A DNA stretch of 64,000 bases, taken from the NCBI GenBank assembly GCA_037379345.1, contig CM074515.1:8680001-8744000 (forward strand), written 5' to 3'. Numbering within the stretch: the stretch's first letter is position 1; every line of letters starts with the position of its first letter. The notes under the pieces are model-generated. The model had not been told where the DNA came from, made no database searches, and was given only the letters and a program-made list of their open reading frames with translations. The position numbers and the translations under genes were made by a program. Of the stretch, positions 21,901-32,800 are shown one piece after another. This DNA comes from Perna viridis. Taxonomy: Eukaryota.

Positions 21901-24900
21901 CTTAGAAAAGTGTTGATTTCAATTGCTATTGGAATTTAAATAAAAATTTTTTTTTGGTCCTCTGATGTTACATGGGAAATACTGGTATCCATCAGGTCAC
22001 ACTAACAGATGCAACTTTTCTGAAACCACTTGATGGATTTTGTTCAAATTTTGTAGGGTTGTTAGTCACCATTTGTAGTTGATCGTGTTGTGCATTGCCA
22101 TTTTGATTTGACAAATTTAAAATGAGTTATGGGACCTCTGCTTTTCAACCTTATTTCAGTGGCAGGGGACATATGTCTATGAGTTACTTGTTTATCTAAC
22201 ATCAAATCCCATTAACCACCAACCCCCCCCCCCCCACCAGGAGCTATGGGATGTTTGTATTAAACAACTACTGATAATTAAAGTTTGGGTTATAATAACT
22301 TCATTCAAAACTGTTAATTATTTAGATATTAATGAATTGTTTCAAAAAGTAATGAAATGCCTTTTCTATCCAAAAAGTTTTCTGGTTTGATGAAATTCCC
22401 TCCCCCCAAAAAAACAAACACATACACACGTTTATCTTGCAATATTTTTGTTAAAATGTCGGTGAAACAAAGTAAAATTTAATCATGATTTTTATTATAA
22501 TTTTAGACCAGACTGGGACAAATGTGCAGATTTTGTACAAGGAGGTATGGCCAGGTGGAAGGATATCTCTGCTAACAAATCTACCAATGAATGTGTTGAT
22601 GTGTTACTGAATGAGATAGCAGCTGGTGGAGGCTCAGATGCTGGTGGTGCTGAATACTTTGATGCTAAGGTGAATTTTCTATACAAAAACGTATTATGTA
22701 AATGCAGATTTGTCATGTAAAAATATCTGTTTGCATTTTTATAGGAAATTTTTGTTTAGCTTTTTTACAGTACGTGTTTAACTCCTCATTTTTTATAATT
22801 AAATATTTAAAAAAAATTGGTTATGTAAAGTAATTCTCTCTCAAAAATATCAGGATTAAATAAAAACACTTTAGTACTAGTTAATATCCTAAAATAACTG
22901 TTTTTCTGCTATGTATAATAGGGCATAACTCATGCCCACATAATTTGAAATAATCACATTATTGTTTTTTACAGAGTTTATTCTAAATTCTTTTTGAATT
23001 AATTTACAGGGAACTGGTCCTGAGATACCTGCCTATCTTAAGTCAGATGGTGCTGTTCGTAACCGTCGTCTAGGAAAACGAGATTGTTCTCTGCTGGTCA
23101 AAGATATTTGGCGAGAGAAACTAACAGAAGACACTAGTGTAAGTTATAGTCTGTATCATAACATATATTATTCTTATATATTTAACTTAATTGTGAGCAA
23201 ACAAGGGTTTTTAAATTTTTTAAACAAATTTCTCTGTAAAATTTTTTTATGATGCAGGAATACAACATTCTATTTTTTTTCCTTTAATGTAGAGGCAAGA
23301 TGGAAAGAGAAGCAAGATGTCTGACTTTTTATATGAATACTTGGAGAGAAGATTTTCTAAGATGGAACAAATGAGGGTAGAGTGGGGATATAACTTGGAA
23401 GATGCTTGCACTAGATATGTTCACGATGAGTTAATTGGTCTCTTCCAAGGGGTCCTATCAAATGAGGTAAGAACTTATAGTTTTTGTAACAAGTTATGAT
23501 ACCATATTAAATAAAGATGTTTTATGTTAGACATTTATAGGTTTTGTAATGAATGAAAATTGAAAATCACAAAATATCAACTCAGGTATCATAACAAAGG
23601 AGCCTCAGTGAGTTTGTTGTGATGTTGAAATTAAATAAAGAGAGTTGATATTTTGCAATATTCAGTTTTTCCAAGAAGTAAATAAAATGACCAAATCATT
23701 GAGAAATGTTTGTATGTGTTCTGCTGTGTGTTTGTCTGACAATCTGATGTTACATTAAAAACAAATTCTGAGGGATTTTTTTAAAGGATACTCCTTTATT
23801 GTTCTGTTTTTTCTTCCTATTTTCATGTTAAGAGTTACAGGACTTTTGCCCCAGAGGGCGGAACATTGAATTGGGTGCAATTGTTTACTTGTTGTACAGT
23901 AGTTTCATAGATTAAAACCAAACTTGGCACAAAAACCAAACATTCAACATTTGATTTTCAAAATGGTCGCCAAAATAATATAAAAAAAATGATTTTTTTA
24001 TACATATACTATTAATGCAAGTCATTGTAATTGTATGAAAACTCCTAAAATGGCAGACCTGGATATGCTAAATAACAGCCCTAAAAAATTAGAAAGGCCA
24101 TAAAAAATGGCTGCTTTAGTCTGCAAATTCAATGACAGCTTCAGATTTTGGACAAAAGTGATCATTTTGCTGGTTTTTGTTTGCATCCAATATGTCATTG
24201 TGCTGTTGGAACTACTACATATTATTATAAGTAGTAGACTGCTTGCCTCAAATGTGATTGGTTCAATGTGTGATCAAGTGTGACTTTTGACTGACAGTTG
24301 CATGCCGGTAAGATTTTATATTGTAAAAATGCGTAAACTTAAAACACTAGTATGCATACTTCAATTCTTGAAAAAAATAGATAACGACATTAACATACTA
24401 GCTGACAAACACAAAAAATTATTATTACGGTATGTTTTTCCTAGGTTTTTGGATTATCATTAGTTGACTTTTTGTTGCTAACAGGTTGATGAAGAAGTTT
24501 ATCACACTACAATGGAGCTGATAGAACAGTTAATGACAGGCTATAATAAAATAGATATGGATAAAGGTAACCCTGGAAAGATAACAAAGGAGGAGTTACG
24601 TCAAGGCCTAAAAGACGTCTTCCCTACAATCGACCCAGAAACCATTGTAGCTGTTATCAATTCTGCTGAAGTAGAGCTTGATGCTAAAGAAACTGATGAA
24701 GTAGCCTATCAGGAAATGTTCCAAGAGGTACATTGTTATTTAATTTGCTAAATTAATTTAATCTATAGTTTCAGGAATTGATACCTAATAAAGTTCACAC
24801 ATAGAACTCCTGAAGTTTTGCATTGGAATTTTATTTACGACTACCAGTAGAAAAACAGCAAAAAGGTGTATTAATTGAAATTAGTTCCATAATACAAAAT

Positions 24901-26163
24901 TGTCTTTATTCTAAAGCATTTCAGTTTGTTTTATGGTTTTTCTTTGCTGTATACCTTTTTGTGATGTAAAGTGAAAATATCTACATGTATAAAAAATGAT
25001 TCTAATTCTATACAGTTTCATGCATTTGATTGTGAAGTAATGTTATACACTTTAACATTTGTGTTTGGCAATTTTTCCTTATATTATTTTAGGAAAGTAA
25101 TATGGAAATTGAAAATAAAAAATGTCAGGAGTAATCTGTTATTTGGCGTGATTTTGAAATTATTTTGCATATTTTCGATGTAACACATATCAAAGTTATT
25201 ATTTTGATACAAGTTTCATTTCAATACTGTTTCATCAACAGGATGATGAAGGTAGAACAGGTCCCTTCTTAGATGAGGTCAGGAAATGGATCAAACAAGA
25301 AAGACTTAATTATGTAAATGATATTAAAGAACAACTAGCTGACCAGAAGTAAGTGCTTAATCATTTGTATGTGCCCATCTTTTAATGGATATATAATGAT
25401 ATATACCATGCACTCTGTCCATCTGTTTGACCACATGTCATTCAACAACTGACAACCTTTTGGGGGTTTGTAATACATTTTAACTGCAATGTTTTACTTC
25501 ATGCAAGGAAGGTCTCTTTTGGTTTTGTTTTTAATCTGATTTGCATTTCAGAATTATGAACTTTCAACAAAAAAAGAAGGGGATTGGCTTACCATGTGCT
25601 TAATGGTATTTAAGATGTATACAAATTACTTTCATTATTTGAAACAGCGACATATTGCACACCACCATCATGATGGTAAAGCAATGTTTATTAGACATCA
25701 AACTCAGAAGTTAAATTATTACAATAGAAATACAGCATGAGACTTATTGTCTTGCTTACAACATGGAGTAGGACTTGCCCTTTATTAGCATCTTACTAAT
25801 CACTAATGCTGACCCTATCTTTTAAGATCAGCCTATCAGCCTTACAAATATTCTCTTTTTGATACTAATATTTAATACTAAGTGTGAAAAATCAAATTTT
25901 ATTACACTCGTATAATCCTTATGGCTATATTACTGATACCCATGTTTTTTTTTTCTTTTTACAGAACTGTGTCTGTAGATGATTTAAAGAGAGCCCTCAG
26001 CTTGGCAGACCCTGAAATAGACAATAAGACAATGGATAAATATGTGTTATGGGTTTTCGATACCACATCAGATAAAGTTGTTGAAGTAGAGTCATTAGAA
26101 CTTTCTAAAGTAATAAGCAGGCTACAAAATGGAAATGTACGGCGGTCAGGCCGTGTGTTTTAA
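15991..26163 (+). CDS. TSNAXIP1: Translin-associated factor X-interacting protein 1, 15 exons, about 717 aa
   Basis: Exons: 15991-16034, 18159-18264, 18577-18822, 19249-19383, 19621-19690, 20062-20335, 21014-21125, 21351-21412, 21804-21893, 22507-22669, 23010-23138, 23293-23466, 24485-24727, 25242-25348, 25965-26163. All introns are GT-AG and phase-consistent (2154 nt including stop). Recognised motifs: KPRFLDQLETYLKKEL, ELRLQAHREVFEYLIEDFKTYKPLLSAIKNEYE, YGDVIPRRDFE, STPRPDW. Exon 1 and the start codon (ATG 15991 or in-frame 16003) are less certain. Confidence 0.9.
16150..17090. repeat. Diverged tandem duplication of about 500 bp in TSNAXIP1 intron 1
   Basis: Colinear anchors recur about 500 bp apart: CATTTATCATTTT (about 16230/16736), ACTATTTCTAAAGCT (about 16468/16968), TCTATACATTTAAGA (16561/about 17057), AGCTTTGCTCA (about 16579/17075). 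Confidence 0.7.
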
Positions 26164-27761
26164 TTAAACAATTCTTGCACACTGTTTATGGAGATGATAT
26201 TTTTATAATTACCAATTGTCTGTGATAAAAGAAATGAATGATATGATTGTGTGTTGGAAGGTGTGTGTGAGTAAATGAATGCTTCTTAAAATTTTATATT
26301 GTTAAAGCCTTTACAATATATTTATATTTATTCAAAAGAGATTGATTTTATGAAAATGTTATAAATTTAAGGTTGATGTGAAGTTTTGATATAACACTTA
26401 TTACTGAGTCATCTGATACTTGAAGCAAACATTCTATTTCAGAAAAAAAAACACTTTCAAACTTTTTAATTTACTAAAAGTTGAATAGAATTTAAATTAA
26501 TGCCTTACATTATATGAGTCTGACAATAAAGTGAAACTCTTACATTGTACAAGATGTTGTAATCTATTCAAGTAACTGAAAGTCTTTATTTTTGGACTAA
26601 TATAACAGTTTCTATTTTACCTCAGAAATCAGTTTTGGAAGAAAAAAATGTCCACTGCCAGGATGGTTGTGTAACTGTAAATATAATGGTCATGAAATGA
26701 AGTAATACATGCCCAAAAAATAAAAATTAAAAACTCAGTCTTCTTTTTTTTTTGGGAGGAGGTAGTGATTTTTGAAAAGGATCCTTCCAATTCATCAGTT
26801 GTATTATGAATACTGCGTATGTCTGTTGATGAATAAAAGTGAAATAGATTGTTTCTGTAGCTCGTTGCTTCTATTTATAAGAACAGTTATTGAGTTACCC
26901 TATGTCAACTAATTTGACTACTGGAAAAGAATGCAAAATTACTTTTAAGTTAGATTCTCTGAGGTTTTTAAATACCTGGTTGTTTGTGAAAGGTGGCTGA
27001 AGAGAAAGTGTTTAGTAAGGCCAAAGTTGAATTATATTTGTTTGCTGATCCCTTACCTACTCATGAAAAGGACCCTAGTCAAAAATTTTATTGGATTTTG
27101 AAAACAAGAATTTATTTTTTCCACTTGATCTAAATATTTAATATAGCAATTTTAGGCATTGTAATGGTTTTGGTTGTCTACCTCTGAGCTCTGACTAGGG
27201 GAACATCTAACAAAAATATTATTATGTCGACCTAAGGATTAGATTATTTTCACATGTTTTATGCAGTCTGTAGTAAGAAACAATAGGAAAATAGAAAACC
27301 CTAAACAAACCCTCTTCAGGATCCCTTTCACTTTTCATTCTATGATTTTTCGTATTTATTCGCCTGTCATTGTTAGGTATATTATAGTATACCACTGTCC
27401 AGCTCTTTATTGGGTTATGGGACTTGACACAAAAAAGGAAAAGGATATATCAGATAATATTTTATGCAATTGTTATCCATATTTGTTGGACACTGTCATG
27501 ATCCTATAATAACACTTCTTACTTGTTATATTTATTTTATAAGCCAAATAATAACATAATAGTCAATTTAACCATTAAGCATGTTTTCAACAACAGCAAA
27601 AACAACAAAAAAAAAACCAAAACATTAAGCATGCATTTTGTTGCAAATTAGAAATTTCTGTTCCTGAGCATACAGTTTTCTAATTACAATTTGTTTACTT
27701 GTTGTTTATAGAATAAGAGAAAATTATATTAAACTTCACATGTACAAGTAATCAGATCTAT

Positions 27762-29325
27762 GGCGAGCCAAAGTGGACAAAAATGAGCTTTTTTTCTAAT
27801 ATTAAAAAATGATTTTTTAATATAACAAATTCATTTTTTAATATTAAAAAAATGATTTCTTATATAACAAACACTTTTTAAATGTGAAAAATTCAATTGA
27901 ATTTCTAATATTAAAAAACTTTTTTTTTTTCAAATATTAGAAATTGATTTTCTAATATTATAAAAATGGATTTGTTGTATTCTATTACAATTTTTTAATA
28001 TTAAAAAATCATTTTATAATGTAAAAAAATGTGACTGATTTTGCAATATTGCAAAATGATTTTTTAATATTAGAAATTCATTTTCTAATATAGCAAATTC
28101 AATTTGTAATATTACAAAATGTGTGATGTTTTATAATATTACTAAATCAGTAATTTGTAATATTAGAAAATGAATTTTAAATATTACAAAATGAATTTAC
28201 AATATTAAAAAAATATTTTCTGATATTAACAGATTATTTTGTTATATTAAAAAAAGTATATTTTCAAATATTACGAAAAAAGTGTTTTCTAAAATCAAAA
28301 TTATGATTTTTAATATTACAAATTCATTTTCTAATATTACAAATTTGATTTCTAATATCACAAAACCCATTTTCAATATTACAAAATGATTTTTTTAATA
28401 TTAAAAATTCAATTGAATTTCTAATATTAAAGAATTGATTTTTTAATATTAGATGTTTGTTTGTTGGGGTTTAACGCCCGAGCAGCAATATTTCAGCTAC
28501 ATTCAGGCAATGAACAAGAAAGTGATGATAACATGAACATGAAATGATGTTGATGAAATGAAAAAAGGGATGGGACACAAGGAGAATAGGGTCGATAAAT
28601 TTTGATTGCCACAAGATAAAAGGGAGGGATGGGTAGGGTCAGGCAATTTAGCATACTGTGGCGGAGCGCAAAGGTTTCTACTCCTATCAAATACCACAGC
28701 AGGGTTCTTTAACATGCGAGGAACGTGGCATCTTTCCCAACACAGTGCACCATTATGGTTTGCGGTCAGAATTTCCGTATTATAGTCTGACAACCCCAGC
28801 ATGTAACATGCCAGAGGTACCCCATTCCACCACCTGGGGCACACATCCCAGTTGCTCTGTGGGCAGAGTGCCTAGCCCCTGGCTAGGTTTCTGAGCACTA
28901 TTTAGTCGCCTTTTACGACAAGTTTAGCGCTGCAGGCCTATTCTTTTGACACCCGGACCTGCACAGGGCTTTTAACATTAGAAATTGATTTTTCTAATAT
29001 TAGAAGATGGTTTTGTTGTATTCAATTACAATTTTTTAATATTTGAAAATCAATTTGTAATATTAAAATATGTGACTGATTTTGCAATATTGCAAAGTGA
29101 TTTTATAATATTACAAATTTATTTTCTTACATTACAAATACATTTTCTAATATTACAAATTCAATTTGTAGTGTTATAAAATGTGTGATATTTTATGATA
29201 ATTTGTAATATTAGAAAATGAATTTCTAATATTAGAAAAATATTTTCTAAAAAGATGTTTCTGTAAAATTGAAAATTTGTTTTCTAATATTACAAAATAT
29301 TCATTTTTGTCCACTTTGGCTTGCC
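27762..29325. mobile_element. Foldback/MITE-like DNA element filled with an AATATT-based satellite and interrupted by a retroposon
   Basis: 25-bp TIRs GGCGAGCCAAAGTGGACAAAAATGA (27762-27786) and TCATTTTTGTCCACTTTGGCTTGCC (29301-29325), 1 mismatch. The interior consists of degenerate monomers of about 20 bp (TTTCTAATATTAG/CAAA). Confidence 0.8.
28454..28969 (-). mobile_element. Apparently full-length SINE-like retroposon (structured non-tRNA head, Nin/Deu-like body motif, (AAAC)n tail)
   Basis: Flanked by TTTTAATATTAGA (28441-28453) and TTTTAACATTAGA (28970-28982). Minus-strand 3' end is GCTGAAATATTGCTGCTCGGGCGTTAAACCCCAACAAACAAAC. Body contains GCATGTTAAAGAACCC. A 5'-truncated sister copy lies at 60191-60249. 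Confidence 0.75.
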
Positions 29326-29828
29326 TTGTACAACTGTTCTTCATTAAAATATATATTCATTTGAAAATAGTGTGTTCACAAGCACAAACAATATAACTAA
29401 ATAAAAAATAGAGCAAAAACAGATGATCAGTACCTAGGAAGCCTAAGCATTATTGTCAGGTAAAAATCATGCATATAGCCTTGCATATATATTATGTTCA
29501 TAACAGGTATGTGAGCATGTATATGTATAATTACACATCAATTTATATACCTGTAAAACAATATGACAAGTACAGAATTAGTAAAGAACCACGACAAGGC
29601 AAGCAGAGAATTTATGCAGTAAGAAAATGCATTTTGTCAAACTTACAGGTGCGATTTTCTAGAATTTAGATTTATTGCCGGCATTAGAGACGACTTAGAC
29701 TTGGGATGAAATGACTAAACCCCACGCTATTACAAAATTTCTAATGTGTTCCACTCCCTGGTATAATACAACCCCAAAAATCGAAATTTCAGTTTTCAGT
29801 TTTTTTCTCTTGGTTGTTAGATAACAGA

Positions 29829-32800
29829 ATGACAACAATCCCCTTTGCGATATGTATAATAGGAGGGATTGTCATTCGTCTTGCCTTATTTAGGACATCC
29901 CTCCCAGAATGGATTTCTCTGCAAACCGAGATTGTTACACCTTTAACTTCCTGGGAACGAGGTTTGTTTTTTTCGAAATTGTGTAGGTCTTCCTGTTTTG
30001 ATGATCATTTTCCAGAAATACTTTAATTCACGTTTTTTTTAAGACAGGGTTAATGAAAAATTGCAAGATGAATACTCTTACAATGTAAGAGGTTGGAATT
30101 CCATTCCTCCATACCCCAATATCTTATTTCTGAGTGTCATATTGCATACCGCTAGTTCCGACATTCTTTGATATTGGCATAATAATAGTCAAATATTTAC
30201 CATTGAACACACTTTATACAGTTTCTTCACCCTAGGCCTAACACGGGAGAAGGTGACTAAGCTGAGGAAAAACAAATGACCTACCTGTTCAGAAAATCCA
30301 GCAATCCTGGAAATCTGTTGTAAAAACAGTTTAAATGAACTTCATATTTGGTTTTTAGCATTTTGAATGGGTACATCTGGTTGATAAAATTACAGATTTT
30401 AATTTGAGAAATAAAGATTTTGTTATGGGAGAGCATGGTTTGACTCACAAAATAATACTACACCACCGAGGGTCGAACCCTAGAGCGCCAGCGACAAACC
30501 GCTAAAGAATTAATCTTTCAGCCAAGTCAATTCACTGGCTAATTACACTACTGCCTGCTACAATGCAGGTAGGCCATTGTCGTATAATATAAGTTCCGAC
30601 CCCTTAGCGGTTCTGGTGGGAACTTGTATTCAATAATAGAGGTCCTGCTTCACTATAATTCGTTTCCCCCCGTATAAGTCAGGTTCCACCCCAAGAAAGG
30701 TTCCGTCACCTCCCCCCCCCATATACGAGAAGTTTGAAAAATGGCAAGGCTTGTTTAAAATTAGTTGTAAAATAATTGATGAATGCATAAAATGAGCAAC
30801 TTTTTAATTTTATTTTTGAATATGAAAATACCAGAGTCTAGCATGTTGGGCCTTATACTTATGCCAAATCATTTTAAAAAATCTATCATTTCAATGCAAA
30901 TTAACAGGTAAAAGGGCCAAAATAAAAAAAATAAGATATTCCTTGAAATTTTCCTAAAATTAGCATACCCTCCCCTTTTCACACAAAAATATAAATAAAC
31001 ACCAACAAATCCGCAGGGGGTGAGGTGGGTAGTAAAACTGTTGTTCTGATTCACATACGTAAAACATGTATAGAAAGGTTAAGTGTTAATGTTTTAGTTG
31101 TGTCTTTTGATGGAAATCGTGTCTTTTGATGGAAATCTGGTTAAAGAAACAAATGTTTCCTTTTTAAAATTAATCACTCATCATAATGATATTATTTATT
31201 TCCATTCATTTTTGTGAGAAAATCTAGAATAGACATGGTAGAGATGCCAAAACTATCAGAAAGAAAAATCAAGGAGGTTAGGTTTGATCTTGATCTTAAA
31301 CAAGGAATACTTTATTTGCAAGAGTTTTACAGACAGTGGCTTGAATTATTGAGTTATATTAGTGATATTGGAACAGGTACTGACTGAATGCAGGTGCTCT
31401 GATATTTTTTTCATGTTGTATATTAATTGATCATATAGTTTTCAAAGATATATCTATATCACTCAATGAATAGGGACACTCTTTAAAATGAATTATATAA
31501 TAAGAATTTTGACACTACTCTCGCTTAACTATTGTAAACATATCTTAAGACTGACCACTTTTTTTCACACAAAAAATTTAAATACATTTGTTATTACATT
31601 TATAACCTTTACTTTTATATCTGCTTTCCAAATAATCCAAGACATTTGGCAAAAATAGTAATTGTAAGGTAAAATGTAAGCATACATAGTTATCGATTAT
31701 TTTGTTTCTACCAGAACCAGAATTATAGGCAGAAGTAGGAATCTGTATTATATAATACAGGTTCCTATTGGTACTGCTATCAGAGCGGAACTTATATTAT
31801 ACGACACCATTCTGCCACATTCCCCCCCACCTTAAGAGTCTTCGTACTAAAGGGACTCTAACACTAGCTCATTAGCTATCCAAAACCCGTGGGCATTTTA
31901 GTTGGGCGCCAAATGTAACGGGAGATCATGATTTGATACCAAGGATTTTACTCTAGACTGCTCAGTGACAAGCCAGGGACAAACCAATTAGTTTAAAGAA
32001 TTAGTCCTTTAGCAAAGTCAATTAACTGGCTATTTAAATCTCACTACCTACAACAATGCAGGTAGGCCATCCTGCCTTAATATTAAATTAACAAACAAAT
32101 TGCCATCACCAACTTTAAGTTGATTTGGTCAAAAATATATTGTGTTCTGTAAAATTAGTGACCTAATTCAAAATGGCTAGTCACTTTGATAACTTTCTTC
32201 ATTACAAATGTTTTCTAGGTATTTAACAAAAATTTAGGATTTTTTCACTTGATATCCAGTGGGTTAAACTTCTTTTATGTAAATAAAAGACTTAAAATAT
32301 TTTAAAACACATGTTTAGCTTATTCACATTTGCTGTGTCTTTCAACAAGTCAGATACTAGAGGTTTGGATGGCACAGAGGCAGAAAATAGCTTGCCAGAC
32401 AACTTGCTGGAGTATAATATGAATCGATATTCATTGTCACTATCATGTCATGTAATCTTTTTCTGCACTTGTTTCATATAAAAAATATCATCCCCTTCCC
32501 TGCCCTTGTAAAGAAAAGGTATGGGATAATATTTTTGATATGAAACAAGTGCATATGATTCAGTTTTCCATAAAACTAAGGTGTAGTGAAGTGAAACTGT
32601 TAATTCCATCAGTTCACTTTGTTAGAACATCAAAAGTAACTTCACAATATTCTTATTTTAAAATCTCCCACCTATACAATATTTAAAAGAGGTTATCATG
32701 GGCATTGTATATGCCAATTTAGATATCTACTTATAATATAATATGTAATATAATATATCTCTTTTATATTAGTTATAATATAGATAAAAGTGCCAGTTCT

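Noticed and set aside
28493-28894. Three overlapping ORFs of 65-113 aa
   Set aside because: They lie inside the GC-richer SINE-like element and show no recognisable protein motif.
28894-28969. HDV-like or hammerhead ribozyme assignment for the retroposon head
   Set aside because: The stem order is not the nested double pseudoknot of HDV, and there is no CUGAUGA/GAAA hammerhead core. Kept only as an unclassified structure.
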